Source: Escherichia coli | GTDB lineage: Bacteria > Pseudomonadota > Gammaproteobacteria > Enterobacterales > Enterobacteriaceae | Strand: one strand, 5' to 3' | Length of the DNA: 64,000 nucleotides | Assembly: GCF_013315695.1 (NCBI RefSeq) | Contig: NZ_CP054353.1 | Shown here: piece after piece, positions 13,953-22,900 of the stretch | Layout: every line of letters starts with the position of its first letter | How positions within the stretch are numbered: the first letter of the stretch is position 1 | Translations under genes and position numbers: made by a program | The notes under the pieces: generated by a model | The model's input: only the letters and a program-made list of their open reading frames with translations | Database searches by the model: none | Told to the model about the DNA's origin: nothing

Positions 13953-14172
13953 TGTAATGTTACCTGTTTAATGTTTTTATAAATATCGCAGCTGATGTTC
14001 ACAGAAAAAGAATCGATATTAATAAAAATAAGTTTGTTTTCTGAAGTAGTGAAAATAGCGGATGGTGAAAGATATTAATATCAAAAATCGCTCATTATGG
14101 ATATAACGATGCCCCCGGGGAGAAAATGACTTCCACGCCTTCTACCATACATTCTTGTTGTGCGGTATGTAA

Positions 14173-14520
14173 TTATTCTACGCTGTTGGTATCGGTGCGT
14201 TTGTTAATCATCTGGTTAACCAGCCACAAAAAGCCATTGAGAAAGTTATTGATTCTACATGGAATTATTATATTTCTAATCCCTGGTTTTTAAAAGTTGT
14301 GCATAGTGAAAATCAAAGTAAAGGTGTGCATTATGCAAAATCACAGCGTCTCTTAGAAATTAACCATACGCACTTGCAGTTAATGGAATCCTTATTGGAT
14401 GAAGGGAAGAAACACAATATTTTTAAGCCAGATAGCGACCCATTGCAGGTGAATATTAATATTGCTGCGCTTGGGGGATATTATTTGATCAACCAGCATA
14501 CGCTTGGCCTGGTTTATCTG
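14173..14520 (+). pseudogene. ytfA: ytfA remnant: C-terminal fragment of a TetR-family regulator, no HTH domain, 3' end abutted by the IS
   Basis: Frame opens after TAA at 14170-14172 and reads ...[22 protein letters not shown]...[24 protein letters not shown] (ligand-domain-like), then runs into the IS left end. Track ORF 14299..14790 is a chimera of this frame and IS sequence. Confidence 0.5.
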
Positions 14521-14574
14521 GTGCGCCGTAAAACCCCGTCCTTCAGGGCGGGGATATACGGCGCGGTTTTCCAC

Positions 14575-15006
14575 CTAACCAGGTGTTTGCTGTTGTTCAA
14601 TGTATTGACGGATGGCGGATATTGGCGCACCTCCGCAGCTACTGGCAAAATAGCCAGGACTCCACAAAACGCCTTTGTAGTAATACCTGACTGCAATATC
14701 TGGTCGATCTCGTCGCAGTCACCTACCCGATACGCCTTTGAGGCTGTTTACCAGACTGGATATCGCCAGTTTGGGAGGATAGTTAATTAACAAATGGACG
14801 TGATCTGGTTCGCCATCCATTTCAACCAGTTCAGCTTCAAAATCAGCACATACATTTGAAAAGTAAGTGCGTAGTTTTTCTGTCGCGTCATAGTCAAAAA
14901 TCTGACGTCGGTATCTGGTGACAAAGACCAGGTGAACATGCATCAGGAAAACACAATGCCTTCCCCGTCGGATATCGGTTTCTTTATTCACAGACCAAAG
15001 TATCAT
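14575..15006 (-). pseudogene. tnpA: IS200-type TnpA (HUH/Y1 transposase) inactivated by an in-frame TGA
   Basis: ATG 15006: MILWSVNKETDIRRGRHCVFLMHVHLVFVTRYRRQ...[31 protein letters not shown](14719-14721)[50 protein letters not shown]. HxH motif is upstream of the stop; the conserved SPGYFA...GGAP C-terminus lies after it. Confidence 0.8.
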
Positions 15007-15013
15007 TTGGCCT

Positions 15014-16222
15014 GTGAAACGACTACAGGCATTTAAATTCCAGTTAAGACCCGGTGGTCAACAGGAGCGTGAAATGAGGCGCTTCGCAGGCGCATGCCGT
15101 TTCGTTTTCAATCGTGCTCTGGCGCTTCAGAATGAGAATCATGAGGCCGGTAATAAATACATCCCTTACGGGAAAATGGCTTCCTGGCTGGTTGAGTGGA
15201 AAAACGCCACTGAAATGCAATGGCTTAAAGATTCGCCCTCACAGCCATTGCAACAGTCACTGAAAGACCTTGAGCGGGCTTACAAAAACTTCTTCCAGAA
15301 GCGGGCTGCTTTTCCCCGATTCAAAAAGCGGGGACAGAATGATGCATTCCGCTACCCGCAGGGCGTTAAGCTCGATCAGGAAAACAGCCGTATTTTTCTG
15401 CCGAAACTTGGCTGGATGCGCTACCGGAACAGCCGTCAGGTCACGGGTGTTGTGAAAAATGTCACTGTCAGCCAGTCCTGCGGTAAGTGGTACATCAGTA
15501 TTCAGACAGAAAGTGAAGTATCCACTCCGGTTCACCCTTCAGCATCAATGGTCGGGCTGGATGCTGGCGTGGCTAAACTCGCCACGCTGTCAGATGGCAC
15601 AGTCTTTGAGCCTGTAAACAGTTTTCAGAAAAACCAGAAGACGCTGGCGAGACTTCAGCGACAGTTAAGCCGCAAGGTCGAATTCAGCAATAACTGGCAG
15701 AAGCAGAAACGCAAAATACAGCGACTGCATTCCCGTATCGCAAATATCCGCAGGGACTACCTTCACAAAGTCACAACGACCGTCAGCAAAAACCACGCAA
15801 TGATAGTCATTGAGGATTTGAAGGTCAGCAACATGTCAAAGTCAGCAGCGGGTACGGTCAGCCAGCCGGGGCGCAATGTCCGGGCAAAATCAGGTTTAAA
15901 CCGTTCGATACTGGATCAGGGCTGGTATGAAATGCGCCGCCAGCTTGAGTACAAGCAGCTCTGGCGTGGCGGTCAGGTGCTTGCTGTTCCGCCAGCGTAC
16001 ACAAGCCAGCGTTGCGCGTGCTGTGGTCATACAGCGAAAGAAAATCGCCTGTCACAAAGTAAATTCAGATGCCAGGCATGTGGATATACAGCGAACGCTG
16101 ATGTAAATGGCGCTCGTAACATTTTAGCGGCGGGGCACGCCGTTCTTGCCTGTGGAGAGATGGTGCAGTCAGGCCGCTCGTTGAAGCAGGAACCCACCGA
16201 AATGATTCAGGCGACAGCCTGA
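15014..16222 (+). CDS. tnpB: TnpB (IS605 OrfB family; RuvC-like RNA-guided nuclease family), apparently intact
   Basis: 402 aa from GTG 15014; N-terminal [12 protein letters not shown]...RFVFNRAL; RuvC-I GLDAGV, RuvC-II VIEDL, zinc finger CACCGH...CQACGY, Ruv[13 protein letters not shown]. Confidence 0.85.
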   Translation: MKRLQAFKFQLRPGGQQEREMRRFAGACRFVFNRALALQNENHEAGNKYIPYGKMASWLVEWKNATEMQWLKDSPSQPLQQSLKDLERAYKNFFQKRAAFPRFKKRGQNDAFRYPQGVKLDQENSRIFLPKLGWMRYRNSRQVTGVVKNVTVSQSCGKWYISIQTESEVSTPVHPSASMVGLDAGVAKLATLSDGTVFEPVNSFQKNQKTLARLQRQLSRKVEFSNNWQKQKRKIQRLHSRIANIRRDYLHKVTTTVSKNHAMIVIEDLKVSNMSKSAAGTVSQPGRNVRAKSGLNRSILDQGWYEMRRQLEYKQLWRGGQVLAVPPAYTSQRCACCGHTAKENRLSQSKFRCQACGYTANADVNGARNILAAGHAVLACGEMVQSGRSLKQEPTEMIQATA

Positions 16223-16290
16223 ACGAAGCAGGGATCCACGTCCTTCAGGGCGTGGAGGATGTCAACATATCAGTATGGTTTCCCCCCAGG
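16080..16290 (+). ncRNA. Candidate TnpB right-end guide RNA (omega/reRNA) spanning the tnpB 3' end and right-end hairpin
   Basis: Inferred from family architecture only; right-end hairpin at 16238-16257 is visible; no promoter or processing site identified. Confidence 0.3.
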
Positions 16291-16356
16291 CACTGGAAGC
16301 CAGACGTAAGGTCATCAAAGAGACGCTCCTTAGCTGGCTTTTGGTTGATCCTTCAT

Positions 16357-16995
16357 CTACCGCGCACGAATAAAACTGCCATCCGGCTGGCGGGTAAACA
16401 GGACCTGTTGATTATTCCCCGTATCAATGGTTAAGCCCGTCACCACGCCGCTGGCGTTCTGGCGGATTTTCACCATCTGCCCATTTTGCAAATTACTCAG
16501 CGGCTTACCCGCGCCTTCTACCTGCGCCATTGCATAGACATCGGTAGCGGGCAGTCCGTGGTCGCGGAACAGCTGCGCCATCGTTTTACCGGGTTCGACA
16601 CGGTAAGAGCGCCATTGATTATCAATTCCGCTATCTGGCTGGAATGGTTGCGTTTGGGTAGTTTGCGGCTGTTCTTCTGGCTGGCCTTCCTGTATAGGTT
16701 CTGGAGCGACCGGAGCCACCTGATCAGGATCATTTTGTGGTGTGACTAATTGCGCCCGCAGCTGTTCTTCTGTCGGCGGTTGTGATTGCGACTGAATATC
16801 TAACTGCGCTTCACGCGTCACCACCGGCGCGTTGGGCGTATCATCAGATGGAAGCAGAAATCCGACCACCAATACAATGGCGGCAATAATGATCCCCCGA
16901 CGATGCATCGGCGGCAGCGGGTCCATGAAGCGAAAATTGTCCGGCGCGTGCCAGACTTTCTCCAGGGTTGGTTTTAGTTCAAAGCGCCCGGGCAT
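16357..16995 (-). CDS. ytfB: YtfB, OapA/LysM-domain cell-division protein
   Basis: 212 aa from internal Met ([46 protein letters not shown]...), single TM, Pro/Gln-rich linker. Confidence 0.85.
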   Translation of the reverse strand: MPGRFELKPTLEKVWHAPDNFRFMDPLPPMHRRGIIIAAIVLVVGFLLPSDDTPNAPVVTREAQLDIQSQSQPPTEEQLRAQLVTPQNDPDQVAPVAPEPIQEGQPEEQPQTTQTQPFQPDSGIDNQWRSYRVEPGKTMAQLFRDHGLPATDVYAMAQVEGAGKPLSNLQNGQMVKIRQNASGVVTGLTIDTGNNQQVLFTRQPDGSFIRAR

Positions 16996-17213
16996 GGTTT
17001 CCTCCTGCTCCGCGTCTTGTTCCTCAATCATAGCCTATGAATAAGCTAACGCTATGATGTCCGTGGTAAACCCGCCTTTATTATATTCATACGGGATATT
17101 GCTATTGTTTCTTTTTCCCCGGGATTTGTCATCATTCCTGCGACAAAGTTTTACCCAAAGAAGTGTGGCTGATATGCTGCCCGCTACTTTTATATCCTAA
17201 GAAAGGAAATACG

Positions 17214-17834
17214 ATGACCACCCCAACTTTTGACACCATCGAAGCGCAAGCAAGCTACGGCATTGGTTTGCAGGTAGGGCAACAACTGAGTGAATCTGGC
17301 CTGGAAGGGCTGCTGCCAGAAGCACTGGTTGCAGGTATTGCCGATGCGCTGGAAGGCAAACATCCGGCTGTTCCGGTTGATGTGGTGCATCGCGCGCTGC
17401 GTGAAATCCACGAACGCGCCGATGCCGTTCGTCGTCAGCGTTTCCAGGCGATGGCTGCTGAAGGTGTGAAATACCTGGAAGAAAACGCCAAAAAAGAAGG
17501 TGTGAATAGCACCGAATCTGGCCTGCAATTCCGCGTGATCAACCAGGGTGAAGGCGCAATTCCGGCACGTACCGACCGCGTTCGTGTTCATTACACCGGT
17601 AAACTGATCGACGGCACCGTGTTTGACAGCTCCGTTGCTCGTGGTGAACCCGCTGAATTCCCGGTTAATGGCGTGATCCCTGGCTGGATTGAAGCACTGA
17701 CTCTGATGCCGGTAGGTTCTAAATGGGAACTGACTATCCCGCAGGAACTGGCATATGGCGAGCGCGGCGCAGGCGCATCCATCCCTCCGTTCAGTACCCT
17801 GGTGTTTGAAGTCGAACTGCTGGAAATTCTCTAA
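17214..17834 (+). CDS. fklB: FklB, FKBP-type peptidyl-prolyl cis-trans isomerase
   Basis: 206 aa, [25 protein letters not shown]..., FKBP C-terminal domain. Confidence 0.9.
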
Positions 17835-17842
17835 GCAGCGCA

Positions 17843-17866
17843 TTCTGTTCCCCTCGAACCAGAGGG
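17843..17866 (+). terminator. Hairpin terminator after fklB
   Basis: cccctcgaaccagagggg stem-loop just after the stop; weak T-run. Confidence 0.45.
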
Positions 17867-18141
17867 GAGCAGGCATTCAGCAATAAACCCTTCAGTTTGC
17901 CAAAAGGCGCTATTTTGTGTTGCAAAGACCCCGTAAGCGTGTATTTTTGTGAGCTGTTTCGCGTTATCACCGTGATATGACACTCATTTTAAACATAAAA
18001 TTAACATTAGATCTAAATCTTAGTATTCATCCCGCGTATTGTTACCTAATATCGATGAGTCCCGATACAGATTCGTCGTATCATAGACTGACTAAAGGCC
18101 GTAGAGCCTGAACAACACAGACAGGTACAGGAAGAAAAAAC

Positions 18142-19554
18142 ATGGTAGATCAGGTAAAAGTCGTTGCCGATGATCAGGCTCCGGCTGAACAGTCGCTACG
18201 GCGCAATCTCACAAACCGACATATTCAGCTTATTGCCATTGGCGGTGCCATTGGTACAGGGCTGTTTATGGGGTCCGGCAAAACGATTAGCCTTGCCGGG
18301 CCGTCGATCATTTTTGTTTATATGATCATTGGTTTTATGCTCTTTTTCGTGATGCGGGCAATGGGGGAATTGCTGCTTTCGAATCTGGAATACAAATCTT
18401 TTAGTGACTTCGCTTCCGATTTACTCGGGCCGTGGGCGGGATATTTCACCGGCTGGACTTACTGGTTCTGCTGGGTTGTAACCGGTATGGCAGACGTGGT
18501 GGCGATCACGGCTTATGCTCAGTTCTGGTTCCCCGATCTCTCCGACTGGGTCGCCTCGCTGGCGGTGATAGTGCTGCTGCTGACGCTCAACCTCGCCACC
18601 GTGAAAATGTTCGGTGAGATGGAGTTCTGGTTTGCGATGATCAAAATCGTCGCCATTGTGTCGCTGATTGTCGTCGGCCTGGTCATGGTGGCGATGCACT
18701 TTCAGTCACCGACCGGTGTGGAAGCGTCATTCGCGCATTTGTGGAATGATGGCGGCTGGTTCCCGAAAGGTTTAAGTGGCTTCTTTGCCGGATTCCAGAT
18801 AGCGGTTTTCGCTTTCGTAGGGATTGAGCTGGTAGGTACCACCGCTGCGGAAACCAAAGATCCAGAGAAATCACTGCCACGCGCGATTAACTCCATTCCG
18901 ATCCGTATCATTATGTTCTACGTCTTCGCGCTGATTGTGATTATGTCCGTGACGCCGTGGAGTTCGGTAGTCCCGGAGAAAAGCCCGTTTGTTGAACTGT
19001 TCGTGTTGGTGGGGCTGCCTGCTGCCGCCAGCGTGATTAACTTTGTGGTGCTGACCTCTGCCGCTTCTTCCGCTAACAGCGGCGTCTTCTCTACCAGTCG
19101 TATGCTGTTTGGTCTGGCGCAGGAAGGTGTGGCACCGAAAGCGTTCGCTAAACTCTCTAAGCGCGCCGTACCCGCGAAAGGGCTGACCTTCTCCTGCATC
19201 TGCCTGCTCGGCGGCGTGGTGATGCTGTATGTGAATCCCAGCGTGATTGGTGCGTTCACGATGATCACGACCGTTTCCGCGATTCTGTTTATGTTCGTCT
19301 GGACGATTATCCTTTGCTCGTACCTGGTGTATCGCAAACAGCGTCCGCACTTGCATGAGAAATCAATCTACAAGATGCCGCTCGGCAAGCTGATGTGCTG
19401 GGTATGTATGGCATTCTTTGTGTTCGTGGTCGTGCTGCTGACACTGGAAGATGATACCCGCCAGGCGCTGCTGGTTACCCCGCTGTGGTTTATCGCTCTG
19501 GGGCTGGGCTGGTTGTTTATTGGTAAGAAGCGGGCTGCTGAACTGCGGAAATAA
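18142..19554 (+). CDS. cycA: CycA, D-serine/D-alanine/glycine transporter (APC family)
   Basis: 470 aa, 12-TM amino-acid permease, MVDQVKVVADDQAPAEQSLRRNLTNRHIQLIAIGGAIGTGLFMG. Confidence 0.9.
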   Translation: MVDQVKVVADDQAPAEQSLRRNLTNRHIQLIAIGGAIGTGLFMGSGKTISLAGPSIIFVYMIIGFMLFFVMRAMGELLLSNLEYKSFSDFASDLLGPWAGYFTGWTYWFCWVVTGMADVVAITAYAQFWFPDLSDWVASLAVIVLLLTLNLATVKMFGEMEFWFAMIKIVAIVSLIVVGLVMVAMHFQSPTGVEASFAHLWNDGGWFPKGLSGFFAGFQIAVFAFVGIELVGTTAAETKDPEKSLPRAINSIPIRIIMFYVFALIVIMSVTPWSSVVPEKSPFVELFVLVGLPAAASVINFVVLTSAASSANSGVFSTSRMLFGLAQEGVAPKAFAKLSKRAVPAKGLTFSCICLLGGVVMLYVNPSVIGAFTMITTVSAILFMFVWTIILCSYLVYRKQRPHLHEKSIYKMPLGKLMCWVCMAFFVFVVVLLTLEDDTRQALLVTPLWFIALGLGWLFIGKKRAAELRK

Positions 19555-19566
19555 CCGCATTATCAT

Positions 19567-19595
19567 GCTGGATGGCGCAATGCCATCCAGCTTTT
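19567..19595. terminator. Bidirectional terminator between convergent cycA and ytfE
   Basis: gctggatggcgcaatgccatccagc hairpin followed by tttt. Confidence 0.7.
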
Positions 19596-19598
19596 AGA

Positions 19599-20261
19599 TC
19601 ACTCACCCGCCAGTGCGCGCGGGAACAGCACATTATTTTCCAGGCTGATGTGCTCCATCAGGTCATCAATCAGTTCATTAATGCCGTTATACATCGCTTT
19701 CCAGGTGGTGCAGGCTTCCGGCGGCGGTGTGACGTTATTGGTAGTGTGTTTGATTACTTCCAGCAGTTCACCCGCTTCATCGTGCTCGCTTTCCATTACG
19801 CTGATTGGCCCCATTGCCTGGCTGCCCATGCCTTGTTTGATCATCGGGAAGAGGATCTGCTCTTCTTTCATCATGTGGCTGGAAAGCTCTTCATGCAGCA
19901 TAGTCAGGTATTTTGTCAGCCCTTTTGGAACGCTCGGTTTGTCGGCGTGAACGCGTTCGACTTTAGTCGCTTGCAGGATCAGCTCCGGCAGTTGCTCGCG
20001 GTGACGATCGTGGTAGCGCACGATGATATGGTCGATGATTTCTGCCAGCGGGGCGCTACGCCAGTCTTTCTCAATCGGTTGTTCAGCGAGCTTTGCCAGC
20101 TCAGCTTCAATGACCTCAACATCCAGCTCTTTACGTGCCGCCGCACGCGCCAGCGTTTGCTTACCGCCGCAGCAGTAATCCATATCATATTTACGAAACA
20201 GAGCCGAAGCGCGAGGAATAGAGAGCGCCAGTTCACCTAAAGGTTGGTCGCGATAAGCCAT
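19599..20261 (-). CDS. ytfE: YtfE (RIC), di-iron iron-sulfur cluster repair protein
   Basis: 220 aa, [33 protein letters not shown]..., hemerythrin-like domain. Confidence 0.9.
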   Translation of the reverse strand: MAYRDQPLGELALSIPRASALFRKYDMDYCCGGKQTLARAAARKELDVEVIEAELAKLAEQPIEKDWRSAPLAEIIDHIIVRYHDRHREQLPELILQATKVERVHADKPSVPKGLTKYLTMLHEELSSHMMKEEQILFPMIKQGMGSQAMGPISVMESEHDEAGELLEVIKHTTNNVTPPPEACTTWKAMYNGINELIDDLMEHISLENNVLFPRALAGE

Positions 20262-20287
20262 AGCTGATACCTCATTCTTAATAATAT

Positions 20288-20310
20288 AAGATGTATTTTA
20301 AATGCATCTT
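20288..20310. promoter_or_regulatory. NsrR operator in the ytfE promoter
   Basis: Perfect inverted repeat aagatgtatttt-aaatgcatctt, 30-50 bp upstream of the ytfE start. Confidence 0.8.
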
Positions 20311-20368
20311 TAAGGTGAATGCTATAACCCTTACGTAGCAGAGGCTTATTTAACTCACCGCTAGCATG

Positions 20369-21343
20369 TCAACTTTTTGAGACAGATTCAGTTAAAGGTT
20401 TTTCCGGTTTTGCTCTGACTGCAATGACCACGCCAACCACTAACAGCGCGATACCGCTCAGCGTCATCAGCGGCGGCATTTGCTGGCGGAGTAAAAAGGT
20501 GTACAGCAAACCTGCCAGCGTTTCGAAAACAATCAGCGGCCCGAGAATCACGGTCGGTAATCGCTGGCTGGCGACGTTCCAGCAGAGTGCACCGACCCAT
20601 GAGCAAAGCACGGCTATCGCAATCATCAGACTAATAAATACCAGCGGACGGGGGCCAAAGGGTAGGGAGAAGTCCGGCGTTTGCGTATTCAGCCAGTAAC
20701 AGGCGACGAGATAGCCAATGAGAGAAACCGGCAGCGTGACCAGCGCCTGCGCCGTTGCCCACATCATCGGATGTTTGTCGGGATTTTCCCGCAGCCAGCG
20801 GGCGTTGCGCAGGGCATACCACGCCCAGCAGACCACGGAAACTAACGCCAGCACGATGCCTGAGGTATAACGTGCCCAGTCAAAATCGGGGAGTCCGTGG
20901 TTTAACTCAGCAATATTCACGCACGCCAGGCCGATGCCAATACAAATCAGTGCCGGGGCGAGTTTTCCCCACGCGAGTTTACCGTCACGCTGGCTATAAA
21001 GCAGATTGGCGAGGACAGGAATCACCACCGGCAGGGTACCGATAATCATCGTGGAAACAGGCGCGCCAGTACGTTGAATGGCACTGGCAAGGCAGAAGTA
21101 ATAGATGAGGTTGCCCATCATAGTGAGCATCAAGGCGGTAAGCCAGTCGCGACGCGCCAACTGACGCAGACGCACGCGTCCCAGCCAGGCAATGGGCAGC
21201 GCAATTAACCCTAACGCCAGATAACGCCCCATCGACTGCAACATCGCCGGGTATTCCGGCACGATCAACGGCCCGACAAAAATAAGCCCCCACATCAACC
21301 CTGCTAACAGGGCGTACAGCACGCCGCTAATCATTACTGGCAT
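20369..21343 (-). CDS. ytfF: YtfF, EamA/DMT-family inner membrane transporter
   Basis: 10-TM DMT-type protein; true start probably the Met at 21334 (MISGVLYALLAGLMWG...), track starts three codons earlier. Confidence 0.8.
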   Translation of the reverse strand: MPVMISGVLYALLAGLMWGLIFVGPLIVPEYPAMLQSMGRYLALGLIALPIAWLGRVRLRQLARRDWLTALMLTMMGNLIYYFCLASAIQRTGAPVSTMIIGTLPVVIPVLANLLYSQRDGKLAWGKLAPALICIGIGLACVNIAELNHGLPDFDWARYTSGIVLALVSVVCWAWYALRNARWLRENPDKHPMMWATAQALVTLPVSLIGYLVACYWLNTQTPDFSLPFGPRPLVFISLMIAIAVLCSWVGALCWNVASQRLPTVILGPLIVFETLAGLLYTFLLRQQMPPLMTLSGIALLVVGVVIAVRAKPEKPLTESVSKS

Positions 21344-21441
21344 CCATTGATCTGTCAGAAGAAAGTTCAGGAAGCAGACATGATTGCTCCCCGCATCCCG
21401 TCATTATCAGAGAGGATACGGGAGGATGCCACTTTAATTAA

Positions 21442-22303
21442 CTACTTATTAACATTAAAAAGATTGCTTACGCTTTCGGCTAACGTTGTCGTTGGGCGGC
21501 CAATCAATTTGCTCAGCGTTTTGCTGTCATCAAACAGACCGCCTTTCGATGCGCCAACGTCAGAATCCGCCAGCATATCCGCCAGTCCGTCAGGCAGTCC
21601 GACGCTTTTCAGTGCCGCGGCGAAATCAGCCTCACTCAGATTTTGATAGGTAACCTGTTTGCCGCTCTGTTTGGTCAGCTCTGCCGCTAACTGTGTCAAC
21701 GTCCAGGCACTATCGCCCGCCAGTTCGTAAACCTTGCCTTCGTGACCGGCTTCGCTAATCACGCGTGCCGCAGCTGCCGCATAATCTGCCCGCGTTGCTG
21801 AGGCGATTTTGCCATCGCCCGCCGCACCGATAAATACGCCGTGTTCCAGTGCTGCCGGGGCGCTGGCGAGGTAGTTTTCGCTGTACCAGCCGTTGCGCAG
21901 CAGGGTGTAAACGATGCCAGAATCAGCCAGCATTTTCTCCGTCTCGATGTGCTCATCGGCGAGGCCGAGCGGAGATTTATCCGCGTGAAGCAGACTGGTA
22001 TAAGCGATAAATTTCACACCAGCCGCCTTTGCGGCATTAATAACATTACGATGCTGCGGGGCACGTTGACCCACTTCGCTGGAAGAGATCAGCAGTAGTT
22101 TTTCCACTCCCTGAAGTGCAGATGTCAGTGCGGCTTCATCGCCGTAGTCAGCCTGACGCACGGTAATGCCTTGTGCTGTCAGTGCCTGGGCTTTTGCCGG
22201 ATTACGAACGATAGCCACTATTTGGCTGGCAGGAACCGTTTTCATCAAAGGATTCAATAACATAGTGTCCAAGTTGGCCAGTGGCACCAGTAATTGCGAT
22301 CAT
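21442..22303 (-). pseudogene. qorB: qorB (ytfG) NAD(P)H:quinone oxidoreductase with a +1 frameshift near the 5' end
   Basis: ATG 22303 reads MIAITGATGQLGHYVIESFDENGSCQPNSGYRS-stop; the rest (MKTVPASQIVAIVRNPAKAQ...VNK) is in another frame. ATG-to-stop span is 862 nt, one more than a multiple of three; shift lies in the T-run at + strand 22246-22251. Confidence 0.7.
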
Positions 22304-22391
22304 AGGAAGTCTCCATCGTTTTGTCTTGTGTTTAAATACGCTAACACCTAAACTTACTTTTAGTAAGTACGTACAAAAAGGTAAGTATGAG

Positions 22392-22772
22392 ATGAGTCAG
22401 GTTAGCCTGTCGCAACAACTGAAAGAGGGAAATCTCTTCGCTGAACAGTGTCCGTCGCGCGAGGTGTTGAAACACGTCACCAGCCGTTGGGGGGTGTTGA
22501 TTCTGGTGGCGCTACGCGAAGGTACTCATCGCTTTAGCGACCTGCGGCGCAAAATCGGTGGGGTGAGTGAAAAGATGCTTGCGCAGTCGTTACAGGCGTT
22601 AGAACAGGATGGTTTTCTTAACCGTATCGCGTATCCGGTGGTGCCGCCGCATGTGGAATATAGCCTCACGCCGCTGGGCGAGCAGGTGAGCGAAAAGGTT
22701 GCTGCACTGGCGGACTGGATTGAGTTGAATTTGCCCGAGGTGTTAGCGGTGCGGGATGAACGTGCGGCATAA
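22392..22772 (+). CDS. ytfH: YtfH, HxlR-family transcriptional regulator
   Basis: 126 aa from ATG 22392, MSQVSLSQQLKEGNLFAEQCPSREVLKHVTSRWGVLILVAL..., divergent from qorB. Confidence 0.85.
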   Translation: MSQVSLSQQLKEGNLFAEQCPSREVLKHVTSRWGVLILVALREGTHRFSDLRRKIGGVSEKMLAQSLQALEQDGFLNRIAYPVVPPHVEYSLTPLGEQVSEKVAALADWIELNLPEVLAVRDERAA

Positions 22773-22773
22773 C

Positions 22774-22888
22774 TGCCGGATGCGCTGAGCTTATCTGGTC
22801 TACGGTGCATGGCTTGTAGGGCGGATAAGATGCGCCAGCATCGCATCCGCCAATAAATGCCGGATGCGGTTGATGATTTGCAGGCCGA
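22774..22888. repeat. REP/BIME-type palindromic repeats
   Basis: gccggatgcg...cgcatccg units between ytfH and cpdB. Confidence 0.6.
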
Positions 22889-22900
22889 AAAAGAAGTGTA

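Larger units (their letters stand above)
14520..16290 (+). mobile_element. IS200/IS605-family insertion sequence (divergent tnpA/tnpB), about 1.75 kb; ends approximate
   Basis: Imperfect subterminal hairpins of the same design at both ends: ccccgtcc-ttca-gggcgggg (14534-14553) and ccacgtcc-ttca-gggcgtgg (16238-16257), each with the same single mismatch; flank tnpA (minus) and tnpB (plus). Confidence 0.75.

Noticed and set aside
14719-14721. TGA in tnpA as selenocysteine or programmed recoding
   Set aside because: No SECIS-like hairpin directly downstream and no precedent in IS200-type transposases; a plain nonsense mutation is simpler.
14299-14790. 163-aa track ORF read as a single gene
   Set aside because: It is a chimera: the 5' part is the ytfA remnant and the 3' part runs through the IS left end antisense to tnpA.
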